A stretch of 64,000 bases of DNA from an uncultured Gemmatimonadales bacterium (GCA_963730185.1 CAVSQW010000008.1:288001-352000), one strand, 5' to 3'; shown: positions 9,963-20,428, counted from the stretch's first letter. Notes: generated from the sequence alone by a model not told the origin. Made by a program: numbers and translations.

Positions 9963-9993
9963 GCCCGCGGCGGTAGCGCGTGGGAACCCGGGC

Positions 9994-10950
9994 TCAGGCG
10001 CCGAGCTCGCGATACCAGGCGGTAAACGCCACCTCGATGAACCGCTTGTTGAAGAGGATCCACTCGCCGAGCGAGGCCGGCAGGGTGTACCCAGCGGCGC
10101 CGTCAGCGGCCGAGAGGCCGCGCCCGTGGGCGTCCTTGGCCGCCCGCTCCACCTCGTCGAGGAGCGCGACGTACCGGTCCAGATCGGCCGCCCGCGCGAT
10201 GGAGCCGTGGCCCGGGACGTAGGTCGGGTTCCCGTCCCGGCGGAGCGCGGCCACGGAGCGGGCCAGGGTGGTCGGCATGGCGTCCATGTAGTTCGGGAAC
10301 ATCCCGTTCCACACCAGGTCGCCGGTGAAGGTCAGGTTCGGCTCCTCGATCCGGACGAAGAGATCGCTCGGGGTGTGGCCCGACGAGGGGATCACGGTCA
10401 CGCTCCGTCCCCCGAGGTCGAGCGTCGACGGCGTGGACGGGTCGACCGGCACCATCTCGGCCAGCGCGGCGGCGCGGGCCTCGTCGGCCGGCTTGTTGCG
10501 CTCCAGCACCAGGCTCCTGGTCCGGTCGGTGGTCCGAAGCTCCGGCGAGCGGCCGTCCTGGAAATACCCGGCCACCCCGTTGGCATGGTCGCTGTGATAG
10601 TGGGTGACGAGCACGTGGGTCGGCCAGCGCCCGGTGAGTTCGTGGGCCTGCGAAGCCACCCAGGCGGCGCCCTTCGGCTGCTGGTACCCCTCGATCGTGA
10701 GGACCGCGTTCTTCCCGGCGATGATGCCGCCGTTACAGACCGTGGTGTAGTCGCCGGAGAGCGGGGTGGAGACGACGGCCCACAGCCCGGGCCCGACCTC
10801 CTCGATCCGGGCAAAGGCCTCCGCGGTGACGATCCGGCCAGCCGGCCGGGCGGTCCAGCGGTGGCGGAGCGCGGTGGGGGCGACCAGGGCGGCCAACGCG
10901 ATGTGGCCGGCGCAGGAGCCGAGGAACTCGCGGCGGGTCGGATGCGACAT
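9994..10950 (-). CDS. Tat-exported metallo-beta-lactamase-fold hydrolase
   Basis: TRREFL Tat motif, THYHSDH, GHTPSD, TGDL, PGHG. Confidence 0.88.
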   Translation of the reverse strand: MSHPTRREFLGSCAGHIALAALVAPTALRHRWTARPAGRIVTAEAFARIEEVGPGLWAVVSTPLSGDYTTVCNGGIIAGKNAVLTIEGYQQPKGAAWVASQAHELTGRWPTHVLVTHYHSDHANGVAGYFQDGRSPELRTTDRTRSLVLERNKPADEARAAALAEMVPVDPSTPSTLDLGGRSVTVIPSSGHTPSDLFVRIEEPNLTFTGDLVWNGMFPNYMDAMPTTLARSVAALRRDGNPTYVPGHGSIARAADLDRYVALLDEVERAAKDAHGRGLSAADGAAGYTLPASLGEWILFNKRFIEVAFTAWYRELGA

Positions 10951-11036
10951 GCGGCCATCTCGCGCTGAGGGGATCGATGAGGCTCCCTCAAGCTACTCGG
11001 AGGGTCGGCCATGCGGAACGATCGGGTCGAGCGACG

Positions 11037-13340
11037 CTAGGGTCGGTTCTCCGGCCGGATGACCGGGAGCACGACATGACTGGCCGCTCCGGGGCCGTGA
11101 TGGAGCGACATGGTGCCGACGACGGTCTCGGTGACCCGCCCCTCGTCGCCACCGGTGTTGGAGTTCGGAAAGGAGTAGTTGTCGACCGCGTTCATGATCG
11201 CGATCCGGATCCGGTGGCCCTTCTTGAAGGTGTTGGCGATCGAGCGGATCCAGATCCGGTACTGTACCACCTCGGCGGGGTTGCCGGAGAGCAGGTCCTC
11301 GCGACCGAAGTTGCTCCCGGCCACGTGGTGCTGGGGATCGTCGAGATTGCGGAAGCGGGCCCGGAGCATCCCCATGGTGATTCGGTTGGAATGGCCGCTG
11401 GTGTCGACGTCGGCCACGTGGACCCACCAGTCGGTGTCCTTCACGTCGGTGGAGGCATAGAGCACCGCGGTGAGGTCGCCGGCGATCGTAAGGTCCTCCT
11501 CGAGCGGTGGGGAGGTGTACACCACGACGTCGGGTCGGGTCTCGACGTCCTTGAAGTCGTAGGGCCAGGTCTGCTGGTCTTCCCACCGCTGCATCTGCTC
11601 GAAGCTCATCCAGTTGGTTGGTGGGGCTTCGGGGTCGTAGCGCCAGGTGTCGGCCGGTTCGTCGGCGGCGGGAGCCTCCCGGGTGAGCGAGCCCGCGCTC
11701 AGGAGCCGTTGCGCGTTGCCGCGGCTGTGGAAGTACCAGGTCTCCGGAATGGCTTCCTTGGGGGGCCAGGCGGTCGCCGTGCGCCACTGGTTCGCGCCCA
11801 ACACGAAGTACTGGACGGTCGGCTGGTCGACGCCGTTGTCGACCCCCTTCAGGAAGTGATCGTACCATCGTTGCTTGAGGAGCCAGATGTCGTCCCGGAC
11901 GGCCTGGGGCCCGAACCGGTAGCCGTTCAGGGCCCGATCGGCGTTGTAGCCGTGCTTCCAGGGGCCGATGAGGAGCCGCTGCGGCACGGTGCCGGTCCGG
12001 GTCATCAGGTTCCAATTGCTCTCGGTCCCGGGAAAGTCGTCGTCGAACCAGCCGCTGATCATGAAGGCGCCGAACCCGCGCGGACCGACGTCGCGATACC
12101 AGTCCTGGCGGGCCCAGTAGTCGTCGTTGGTCTGGTGATTCCAGAAGACGTTCCACTCCGGGATGTCCCGGCCGGTCGCGTAGTCGTCCATGGTCATGAG
12201 CGGCCGATGGTGCAGGATGTCGGTCCAGGTTCGTCCCGGGAGGACCTGGAGGTCCAGCATGTACAGCATGTAGTAGAGCATCCCCTCGACGAAGCTGCCG
12301 CCCATGTAGGGCTGGTCGCTGAAGGCGGTGCCCATCGAGCTCTCCGGCACGAGGCACTTGAGGGCCGGGTTCCCGGCCATCGAGGCGGTCCACTGGGTGT
12401 AGCCGACGTAGGAGCCGCCCTGCATGCAAATCTTGTGGTCGGCCCAGGGTTGGGCCACGATCCACTCGAGCGCCGCCCGGCCGTCGGCCGGCTCGTTGAT
12501 CATCGGCACCCAGCTCCCCTCGGAGCGGTTGTCGGGGTCCCAGTAGGCGGTGCCCCGGGCCGCCTGGAAGACGAGCGCGAAGCCCCGGGCGGCGTAGTGC
12601 CAGTATGCCGAGATCAGGGAGCCGATCCCGTAGGGAGTCCGGATGAAGACGACCGGGAACGGCCCCTTGGCGTCGGGGCCGTCGGGCAGGTAGACCCGGG
12701 TGGCCAAACGGACGCCGTCGGGCATCGGAACCATGATCTTGCCGAGATCGCGGTAACCGTAACGCGGCTGGCTCACCGCCGGGTCCCGCCAGGCCGCCAC
12801 CGTCGTGAAGCCTTCGGCGCCGCGCCGGACCAGGACATGATCGCCGCCGGGGTCGACGGCCGCCACCAGCCGGCCATCGTCTCCGATGATCAGGTCGAGC
12901 GGGCGGGCGCCCTCCTGACGAACCCACCGGGTGGCGTGCACCATCCGGCCGGCCACCCGGGCTTCGCGCTGCTCGGCCGGGACGTAGATCGAGGCCGCGG
13001 TCGGCCAGCCGACGGCGGCGAGGTGACGCCAATCGATCGCGTCGATCGACGCGAGCCCGGCCACGATTCCGCCGAGGGCGCCCGGCAGACGGAAGGCCGG
13101 GTCGCCCGCGGGGCGCCCCTGGAGCGAGGTGGCGTCGGGCGACCACGTGCCGGTGGCAGGATTCCGGGTCCGGAGCGTGTAGCTCGCTCGCTGGCCGACC
13201 GTCCCGACCGTGAGGTGGGCCACCGGCACACCCGCGGTATAGACGTCGTAGACGACGCTGGCGGGGCGGGCGACCTGGGCGGTGGCGGGGAGGGTCGCCC
13301 CGGCCAGCAGCGCGGCAGCCCAACGGGAAGAGCGGATCAT
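11037..13340 (-). CDS. CocE/NonD family hydrolase with signal peptide and extra N-terminal domain
   Basis: MPDGVRLAT, RTPY, GGSYVG nucleophile, IGPWKH, C-terminal TFKKGHRIRI. Start set at MIRSSRW. Confidence 0.88.
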   Translation of the reverse strand: MIRSSRWAAALLAGATLPATAQVARPASVVYDVYTAGVPVAHLTVGTVGQRASYTLRTRNPATGTWSPDATSLQGRPAGDPAFRLPGALGGIVAGLASIDAIDWRHLAAVGWPTAASIYVPAEQREARVAGRMVHATRWVRQEGARPLDLIIGDDGRLVAAVDPGGDHVLVRRGAEGFTTVAAWRDPAVSQPRYGYRDLGKIMVPMPDGVRLATRVYLPDGPDAKGPFPVVFIRTPYGIGSLISAYWHYAARGFALVFQAARGTAYWDPDNRSEGSWVPMINEPADGRAALEWIVAQPWADHKICMQGGSYVGYTQWTASMAGNPALKCLVPESSMGTAFSDQPYMGGSFVEGMLYYMLYMLDLQVLPGRTWTDILHHRPLMTMDDYATGRDIPEWNVFWNHQTNDDYWARQDWYRDVGPRGFGAFMISGWFDDDFPGTESNWNLMTRTGTVPQRLLIGPWKHGYNADRALNGYRFGPQAVRDDIWLLKQRWYDHFLKGVDNGVDQPTVQYFVLGANQWRTATAWPPKEAIPETWYFHSRGNAQRLLSAGSLTREAPAADEPADTWRYDPEAPPTNWMSFEQMQRWEDQQTWPYDFKDVETRPDVVVYTSPPLEEDLTIAGDLTAVLYASTDVKDTDWWVHVADVDTSGHSNRITMGMLRARFRNLDDPQHHVAGSNFGREDLLSGNPAEVVQYRIWIRSIANTFKKGHRIRIAIMNAVDNYSFPNSNTGGDEGRVTETVVGTMSLHHGPGAASHVVLPVIRPENRP

Positions 13341-13446
13341 GCGGGCGTGCTCCGATCGATTGGCGGGCGGCAGACTCCGAATCTCCCAATAATACGGCGT
13401 GGCGCTCGCCCGAGCATCCTGGGCCGGAGGCCTTATCTTCCGGGCC

Positions 13447-15078
13447 ATGAGCGATCGACGCATTCGGGTGCGAAGCCTGCTTCGCGACCCCCGGTTCACG
13501 AAAGGTGCCAGCTTCACGGAGGCTGAGCGCGATCTTCTCGGCCTCCGTGGTTTGCTTCCCCCGCGGGTGCTGTCCCAGGCCGAGCAGGTGCCCCGCATTC
13601 TCGAGCACTTCCATCTCAAGCCCAATCCGCTCGAGCAGTACATCTACCTGCTCAGCCTGATGGACCGCGACGAGCACCTGTTCTTCCACGTGGTGACCGA
13701 GCACATCGCCGAGATGATGCCCATCATCTACACGCCGACCGTGGGCGAGGCGTGTCAGAAGTTCGGTCACCTGTTCCGGCAGCCGCGGGGGTTGTACATC
13801 ACTGCCCGCGATCGCGGCCGGGTGGCGAGCATCCTCTCCAACTGGACCGAGCCCGAGGTGGGGATCATCGTCGTCACCGACGGCGAGCGGATCCTGGGCC
13901 TCGGCGACCTGGGCGCCAACGGGATGGGGATTCCGATCGGCAAGCTTTCGCTCTATACGGCCTGCGCCGGCGTCGACCCGTCGCTCTGTCTCCCGGTCAC
14001 GATCGACGTGGGGTGCAACCGGGCCGAGATCCGCGACGACCCGCTCTATCTGGGGCTGCCCCAGGAGCGAGTCCGCGGGCACGACTACGAGGCCTTGCTC
14101 GACGAGTTCGTCGCCGGGGTCGAGAAGGTGTTCCCCCGCGCGGTGCTGCAGTTCGAAGACTTCGCCACCGAGAACGCCTTCCGGCTGCTCCACCGGTACC
14201 GGGACCGGCTCTGTTGCTTCAACGACGACATCCAGGGGACCGCCGCGGTCACGGTGGCGGGCTTGATGTCGGCGGCGCGAGTCACCGGCCGACCCCTCGC
14301 CGGCCAGACCGTGCTCTTTCTCGGGGCGGGCTCGGCCGCGACCGGCATCGCCGACCTGATCGTCGCGGCCCTGGTCACCGAGGGCATGGCTGAGGCCGAG
14401 GCCCGCCGGCACTGCTGGTTCGTGGATTCGAAGGGACTGGTCGTCGCGAGCCGGACCGATTTGGCCGAGCACAAGCGGCCCTACGCCCATCCGCACGCGC
14501 CGGCCGCGAGCCTGGCCGGCGCGGTGGAGCAGCTCCGGCCCACCGCGTTGGTCGGGGTGTCGGCCCAGCCCTCCACCTTCACCGAGCCGGTCGTCCGAGC
14601 CATGGCAGCCCTCAACGAGCGGCCGATCGTGTTCCCGCTCTCCAATCCGACCAGTCGGTCCGAGTGCACCGCCGAGGAAGCGTATCGCTGGAGCGACGGC
14701 CGCGCGGTGTTCATGAGCGGGAGCCCGTTCGCGCCGGTCGACCTCGGCGGCCGAACCCTCGAGCCGGGCCAGGGAAACAACGCCTACATCTTTCCGGGTC
14801 TGGGCCTCGGTCTGATCGTGGCCCGGGCCACCCGAGCCACCGACCGGATGTTTCTGGCCGCCGCGCGAACCCTCGCCAACCTGGGAACGCCGGCGCTCCA
14901 CGAGCGGGGGCTACTCTTTCCGCCATTGAGCGAAATCCGCCGGGTGTCGGCCGCGATCGCTACCGCGGTCGCGGAGGTGGCATACCAGGATGAGGTGGCG
15001 GGGGCCGAACGGCCGGACGATCTCGACTCGGCGGTGCGAGCCAACATGTACACGGCGAGCTACCCCAGCTACGTCTGA
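13447..15078 (+). CDS. maeA: NAD-dependent malic enzyme (SfcA/MaeA type)
   Basis: PIIYTPTVGEAC, VTDGERILGLGDLG, QFEDF, FNDDIQGTA, GAGSAA, LSNPT, QGNNAYIFPG. Confidence 0.95.
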   Translation: MSDRRIRVRSLLRDPRFTKGASFTEAERDLLGLRGLLPPRVLSQAEQVPRILEHFHLKPNPLEQYIYLLSLMDRDEHLFFHVVTEHIAEMMPIIYTPTVGEACQKFGHLFRQPRGLYITARDRGRVASILSNWTEPEVGIIVVTDGERILGLGDLGANGMGIPIGKLSLYTACAGVDPSLCLPVTIDVGCNRAEIRDDPLYLGLPQERVRGHDYEALLDEFVAGVEKVFPRAVLQFEDFATENAFRLLHRYRDRLCCFNDDIQGTAAVTVAGLMSAARVTGRPLAGQTVLFLGAGSAATGIADLIVAALVTEGMAEAEARRHCWFVDSKGLVVASRTDLAEHKRPYAHPHAPAASLAGAVEQLRPTALVGVSAQPSTFTEPVVRAMAALNERPIVFPLSNPTSRSECTAEEAYRWSDGRAVFMSGSPFAPVDLGGRTLEPGQGNNAYIFPGLGLGLIVARATRATDRMFLAAARTLANLGTPALHERGLLFPPLSEIRRVSAAIATAVAEVAYQDEVAGAERPDDLDSAVRANMYTASYPSYV

Positions 15079-15096
15079 GCCGGCCCGCCTAGCACT

Positions 15097-15129
15097 TTCA
15101 CGTTCTCTTCATCCTGGGGCCCGTACGTT
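15097..15129 (+). promoter_or_regulatory. TTCAY direct repeat plus -10-like box upstream of PFOR
   Basis: TTCAC-N6-TTCAT, then 11 nt, then TACGTT, then 7 nt to the ATG. Confidence 0.4.
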
Positions 15130-15136
15130 GCGCCCC

Positions 15137-18100
15137 ATGACCCCCCGCATCGCAACACTCGACGGCAACGAAGCGGCAGCGCTGGTCGCGCACCGAACCA
15201 GTGAAGTGATCGCCATTTATCCGATCACGCCCTCTTCGACCATGGGCGAGCTGGCCGATCTCTGGTCGGCCGAAGGGCGGACCAATCTCTGGGGCACGGT
15301 TCCGACCGTGGCGGAGATGCAGTCGGAGGGCGGTGCCGCCGGCGCGATCCACGGGGCGCTCCAGGGCGGCGCCCTGGCGACGACGTTCACCGCGTCGCAG
15401 GGCCTGCTGCTGATGATTCCCAACCTGTACAAGATCGCCGGCGAGCTGAGCCCGGTGGTGCTCCACGTCGCGGCCCGGACGGTGGCGACCCATGCCCTCT
15501 CGATCTTCGGCGACCACTCCGACGTGATGGCCACCCGGCAGACCGGGGTGGCGCTCCTGGCGTCGGCCTCGGTGCAGGAGGCGCACGACTTCGCCCTGAT
15601 TTCCCAGGCGGCGACGCTCGAGTCGCGGGTGCCGTTCATCCACTTCTTCGACGGCTTCCGGACCTCCCACGAGATGCAGAAGATCGTCCTGCTCGAGGAC
15701 GACGACCTCCGGGCGCTGCTGGACGAGGACCTGATCGCGGCCCACCGCGCCCGGGCCCTCGATCCCGAGCATCCCGTGATCCGCGGCACGGCCCAGAACC
15801 CCGACGCGTTCTTCCAGGCCCGGGAGGCGTGCAACCCCTTCTACGACCGGTGCCCGGGCATCGTCCGCGAGGTGATGGCCCGGCTGGGCGAGCGAACCGG
15901 CCGCCGGTACGAGCTCTTCGAATACGTCGGGGCGCCCGACGCGGAGCGGGTCGTGGTGCTGATGGGCTCCGGCACCGAGACGGTCGAAGCGGCCGTCCGG
16001 CACCTGGCCCAGACCGGCGAGCGGGTCGGGGCGGTGAAAGTCAGGCTCTACCGGCCGTTCGACATCGACGCTTTCGTGGCCGCGCTGCCGGACAGTGTCC
16101 GGTCGATCGCCGTCCTGGACCGGACCAAGGAGCCGGGAGCGACGGGAGAGCCGCTCTACCTCGACGTGGTCGCCGCCCTGGTCGAGGGGTGGGACGGCCG
16201 GGGGAGCGGACGGCCGATGCCGCGGGTGATCGGGGGACGGTACGGCTTGTCGTCGAAGGAGTTCACCCCGGCGATGGTCAAGGCCGTGTACGACGAGCTG
16301 GCCCGGCCCGAACCCCGCCGCCGGTTCACGGTGGGGATCGTCGACGACGTCACCCGACTCTCGCTCGACGTGGACCCGGACTTCTCGCTCGAGGCCGACG
16401 ATGAGGTGCGGGCCGTGTTCTGGGGGCTGGGCAGCGACGGCACGGTCGGCGCGACCAAGAACACCATCAAGATCATCGGCGAGGAGACGTCGCTCTACGC
16501 CCAGGGGTACTTCGTCTACGACTCGAAGAAGGCCGGGGCGGTGACGGTGTCGCACCTCCGGTTCGGGCCCCGACCGATCCGGGCTCCCTATCTGATTCAC
16601 GAGGCGACCTTCGTCGCCTGCAGCCAGTTCGACTTCCTCGACAAGTACGACGTGCTGGAGACCGCGGCGCCCGGGGCCACCCTGCTGCTGAACGCGCCCG
16701 AGCCGACCGACCGGGTCTGGGATGCCTTGCCCCGCGAAGTCCAGGCGACCCTGGTCGAGCGGAAGATGCGGGTCTTCGCGATCGATGCCGATCAGGTGGC
16801 CCGCGACGCCGGCCTCGGCGGCCGGATCAACACCATCATGCAGACCTGCTTCTTCGCGCTCTCGGGCGTGCTGCCCCGCGACGAAGCCATCGCCCAGATC
16901 AAGCAGGCGATCGAGAAGACGTATGGAAAGCGGGGCCGCGCGGTGGTCGATCGGAACTTCGCCGCGGTGGACCGGACCCTGGTGGGGTTGGCCGAGGTAC
17001 CGGTGCCGGCCGCCGTCACCGCCCGCCGGAGCCGGCGACCGATCGTCTCCGACGAGGCGCCGGATTTCGTGCGCCGGGTCACCGCGGTGATGATGGCCGG
17101 GAAGGGCGACCTCTTGCCGGTCAGCGCCTTCCCGGTCGACGGCACCTGGCCCACGGCCACCTCGCGCTGGGAGAAGCGGAGCCTGGCCGACGAGATCCCG
17201 GTCTGGGATCCCACGGTCTGTATCCAGTGCAACTGGTGCTCGCTGGTCTGCCCTCACGCCGCGATCCGAACCCGGGTCTACGAGCCGGCGGCGGCCGAGG
17301 GCGCCCCGGACGATTTCCAGCAGGTCCCCTGGAAAGGGCCGGACTTCGCCGGCTTCGCGTACACGGTCCAGGTGGCGCCGGACGACTGTACCGGCTGCTC
17401 GCTCTGTACCATGGTGTGCCCCGCGAAGGACAAGGCCAACCCGCGGCACAAGGCGATCGACATGACCCCGGTCGGCCCGATTCGGGAGCGGGAACGCGCC
17501 AACTACGCCTTCTTCCTCGATCGTCCGGAGCCCGATCGGACCGGGCTCTCGCGGGTCAACGCCAAGACCTCGCAGCTCCTCGAGCCACTGTTCGAGTACT
17601 CCGGCGCCTGCGCCGGCTGCGGCGAGACGCCGTACCTCAAGCTGTTGAGCCAGCTGTTCGGCGACCGGGCGATGATCGCCAACGCCACCGGGTGCTCGTC
17701 GATCTACGGCGGCAACCTGCCCACGACGCCGTGGTCCGTGAATGCCGAGGGCCGAGGGCCGGCCTGGGCCAACTCGCTGTTCGAGGACAATGCCGAGTTC
17801 GGTTACGGGATGCGCTTGGCGGTCGACGCCCAGCACCGCGAGGCCACCCGCCTGGTCGGCGAGCTCGGCGCGGCGCTCGGCGAGGCCGTCGCGGCCCCCC
17901 TGCTGGCGCCCGACGACCGGACCGAGGCCGGTCTCGCCGCCCGGCGACTGGCGGTCGCCGCGCTCCGTGAGCGGCTCGGCCAGGTGAGCGACCCCCGCGC
18001 GGTTCGGTTGGCCGAGATCGTCGACGCGCTGGTGCCCCGCTCGGTCTGGCTGGTGGGCGGCGACGGCTGGGCCTACGACATCGGGTATGGCGGCCTGGAC

Positions 18101-18736
18101 CACGTGCTGGCGCAGGACCGCGACGTGAACGTGCTGGTGCTCGACACCGAGGTGTACTCCAACACCGGTGGCCAGCAGTCCAAGGCCACCCCGCTGGGCG
18201 CCGCCGCCAAGTTCGCGATGGCGGGGAAGGGCACCGCCAAGAAGGACCTCGGGCTCGCGGCCATGTCGTACGGCCACGTGTACGTGGCCCGGGTGGCGTT
18301 CGGGGGTGACATGAATCAGACGGTCAAGGCGTTCCTCGAGGCGGAGAGCTACCCCGGCCCGTCGCTGATCATCGCCTACTCGCCCTGTATCGCCCACGGT
18401 TACGAACTCAAGCACGGCGTGGAGCAGCAGCAGCTGGCGACCCGTTCGGGCGTCTGGCCGCTCTATCGGTTCGACCCGCGCCGGACCCGCGAGCACCTGC
18501 CGCCGCTGGTGCTCGACTCGAAGGCGCCCTCGGTGTCGGTCGCGGCCTACCAACGGAACGAGACCCGCTTCCGGATGGCTGAGAAGCTCGACCCCGCGCG
18601 TCACAAGCTGCTGATGGCCCGGGCGGAGCGCGACGTGGCCGAGCGCTGGCAGGTGTACCGCTACCTGGCCGGCCTGTCGATCACCGAGCCGGACGGCCCC
18701 GCGACGGGCCCCGAACCCGCGGAGGCGACCCGATGA
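15137..18736 (+). CDS. nifJ: Pyruvate:ferredoxin (flavodoxin) oxidoreductase, single-chain NifJ type
   Basis: DGNEAAA, YPITPS, TTFTASQGLLLM, two 4Fe-4S motifs (CIQCNWC, CTGCSLC), GACAGCGE, GGDGWAYDIG. Confidence 0.96.
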   Translation: MTPRIATLDGNEAAALVAHRTSEVIAIYPITPSSTMGELADLWSAEGRTNLWGTVPTVAEMQSEGGAAGAIHGALQGGALATTFTASQGLLLMIPNLYKIAGELSPVVLHVAARTVATHALSIFGDHSDVMATRQTGVALLASASVQEAHDFALISQAATLESRVPFIHFFDGFRTSHEMQKIVLLEDDDLRALLDEDLIAAHRARALDPEHPVIRGTAQNPDAFFQAREACNPFYDRCPGIVREVMARLGERTGRRYELFEYVGAPDAERVVVLMGSGTETVEAAVRHLAQTGERVGAVKVRLYRPFDIDAFVAALPDSVRSIAVLDRTKEPGATGEPLYLDVVAALVEGWDGRGSGRPMPRVIGGRYGLSSKEFTPAMVKAVYDELARPEPRRRFTVGIVDDVTRLSLDVDPDFSLEADDEVRAVFWGLGSDGTVGATKNTIKIIGEETSLYAQGYFVYDSKKAGAVTVSHLRFGPRPIRAPYLIHEATFVACSQFDFLDKYDVLETAAPGATLLLNAPEPTDRVWDALPREVQATLVERKMRVFAIDADQVARDAGLGGRINTIMQTCFFALSGVLPRDEAIAQIKQAIEKTYGKRGRAVVDRNFAAVDRTLVGLAEVPVPAAVTARRSRRPIVSDEAPDFVRRVTAVMMAGKGDLLPVSAFPVDGTWPTATSRWEKRSLADEIPVWDPTVCIQCNWCSLVCPHAAIRTRVYEPAAAEGAPDDFQQVPWKGPDFAGFAYTVQVAPDDCTGCSLCTMVCPAKDKANPRHKAIDMTPVGPIRERERANYAFFLDRPEPDRTGLSRVNAKTSQLLEPLFEYSGACAGCGETPYLKLLSQLFGDRAMIANATGCSSIYGGNLPTTPWSVNAEGRGPAWANSLFEDNAEFGYGMRLAVDAQHREATRLVGELGAALGEAVAAPLLAPDDRTEAGLAARRLAVAALRERLGQVSDPRAVRLAEIVDALVPRSVWLVGGDGWAYDIGYGGLDHVLAQDRDVNVLVLDTEVYSNTGGQQSKATPLGAAAKFAMAGKGTAKKDLGLAAMSYGHVYVARVAFGGDMNQTVKAFLEAESYPGPSLIIAYSPCIAHGYELKHGVEQQQLATRSGVWPLYRFDPRRTREHLPPLVLDSKAPSVSVAAYQRNETRFRMAEKLDPARHKLLMARAERDVAERWQVYRYLAGLSITEPDGPATGPEPAEATR

Positions 18737-19749
18737 AGCTGACCACCCGGTATCTCGGGCTGGAGCTGGCCCATCCCTTCATGGCCGGCGCCTCGCCCCT
18801 GGTCGACGATCTCGACACCGTCCGCCGGCTGGAGGACGCCGGGTCGTCGGCCATCGTGATGCACTCGCTGTTCGAGGAACAGCTCACCGCGGAACAGCTC
18901 CTGACCCACCAGGCAATGGAGACCCCGGCCGAGTCATCGGCCGAGGCGCGGACCTTCCTGCCGGATCCGCCCGACTTCGCGTTGGGGCCCGACGAGTATC
19001 TCGAGCAGATCCACCGGATCAAGGAGGCGGTCGACGTTCCGGTCATCGGTTCGCTCAACGGGTACACCCCCGGGGGCTGGCTCGACTACGCCCGGCTGAT
19101 CGAAGAGGCCGGCGCCGACGCCCTGGAGCTCAACCTCTACGCCATCCCGACCGACCTCACCCGCTCCGGCGCGGAGGTCGAGCGGGAGCAGCTCGAGATC
19201 GTCTCGGGCGTGGCCCGGACGATCCGGATTCCGGTCGCGGTCAAGCTCTCGCCCTGGTACTCGGCGTTCGGCCACTTCGCGCTCCAGGTGGTCGACGCCG
19301 GCGCGGCCGGACTGGTGCTCTTCAACCGGTTCTACCAGGCCGACGTCGACCCCGAGCAACTCGAGGTCCGGCCCAGCCTGCGGCTGAGCGATTCCAACGA
19401 GCTGCTTCCCCGGCTCACCTGGATCGCGCTGCTCGCCGGCCGGGTGGAGGCGTCGCTCGCCATCACCGGCGGGGTGCACCGGGCCATCGATGCGATCAAG
19501 GCGGTGATGGTCGGCGCCGACGCGGTCCAGATGGTGTCGGGCCTGCTCCGACATGGGCCGGAGCTCCTGGGCTTCGTGCGGGACGGCTTTGCCAAGTGGC
19601 TCCAGGATCACGAGTACGAGTCGCTGGAGCAGGCTCGCGGCAGCATGAGCCTGCTCCGGTGCCCCGACCCGGCCTCGTTTGATCGGGCCCAGTACCTCAA
19701 GGTGCTCCGCGGCTGGCGGAGCGGGCAGCTGCCGGTCGTCGAGCTCTAG
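18733..19749 (+). CDS. Dihydroorotate dehydrogenase-like FMN protein, translationally coupled to PFOR
   Basis: GADALELNLY, VKLSP, LFNRFYQ, TGGVH. Lacks the catalytic Cys after ELN. ATGA overlap. Confidence 0.85.
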   Translation: MKLTTRYLGLELAHPFMAGASPLVDDLDTVRRLEDAGSSAIVMHSLFEEQLTAEQLLTHQAMETPAESSAEARTFLPDPPDFALGPDEYLEQIHRIKEAVDVPVIGSLNGYTPGGWLDYARLIEEAGADALELNLYAIPTDLTRSGAEVEREQLEIVSGVARTIRIPVAVKLSPWYSAFGHFALQVVDAGAAGLVLFNRFYQADVDPEQLEVRPSLRLSDSNELLPRLTWIALLAGRVEASLAITGGVHRAIDAIKAVMVGADAVQMVSGLLRHGPELLGFVRDGFAKWLQDHEYESLEQARGSMSLLRCPDPASFDRAQYLKVLRGWRSGQLPVVEL

Positions 19750-19750
19750 C

Positions 19751-20263
19751 TCACGGCTGGGCGACCCGCTCGCGCTGGGCGTCGGTCAGGAGCGCCTTGG
19801 CCGCGAGCGCAGCCTTGATCCGGATCCACATCACGTTGCCCATCGCGGTGTCGTGGGCGTTGAGATAGGCGTGGACCTTGGCGGTGTCGGGCGCCGGCTG
19901 GGCGAGCTCGGCCCGGAGGGTCTGCATCGCGGCGTGGGCCGGCTGGTGGGCCTGGTCGGCGGTCGCCGTCGTGGCCTGGTCGAGCTCGGTCAGCTGCGCG
20001 ACTTGATCGTCGGAGAGTCCCAGCTGGTCGCGCCGATCCAGCAGCTTGGCCGGGGCGAAGGGGGCCGCGCCACCCATCATCATCCCCATCATCTCTCCCA
20101 TGCCACCCTGCATGCCCTGACCGCCCATCTTCTGGCCGGCGGCCATGTTGTGCTGCATCCCCTGGTGTTGTCCTCCCATCCGCATCCGGGTCGTGTCGGG
20201 GCGCTGGGCCGCGGCCGGAAGGGCGACGGCAACGGTGAGAACCAGGGCGAGCGTGACGCGCAT
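19751..20263 (-). CDS. Periplasmic Spy/CpxP/ZraP-like helical protein with Met/Gly-rich region
   Basis: Signal peptide, LGLSDDQ and LTDAQ (LTxxQ) motifs, MGGQGMQGGMGEMMGMMM stretch; GAGG upstream. Confidence 0.75.
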   Translation of the reverse strand: MRVTLALVLTVAVALPAAAQRPDTTRMRMGGQHQGMQHNMAAGQKMGGQGMQGGMGEMMGMMMGGAAPFAPAKLLDRRDQLGLSDDQVAQLTELDQATTATADQAHQPAHAAMQTLRAELAQPAPDTAKVHAYLNAHDTAMGNVMWIRIKAALAAKALLTDAQRERVAQP

Positions 20264-20428
20264 CGGGACATCCTCGGTGGAAGGGCCACCGGAAAGGTAG
20301 AGGGCCATTCGTGAAGTCTGGCCGAGGGTCGCATGAAGGCGGTCGTCGGGTTCCGGTAGGGCGGCCGGGGCGGTAAAATCATGGAGGCCTAACATCAATC
20401 CCCCGGACTCGACCTCGGCACCGACGCG

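Noticed and set aside
9994..10950. Antibiotic-resistance metallo-beta-lactamase
   Set aside because: The fold motif alone does not establish lactamase activity; a general MBL-fold hydrolase is more likely.
10977..18604. Very long alternative-frame and antisense ORFs (e.g. 10993-14901, 15098-18604, and similar throughout)
   Set aside because: Arg/Gly/Pro-rich shadow frames expected at this GC content; they overlap well-supported genes and carry no motifs.
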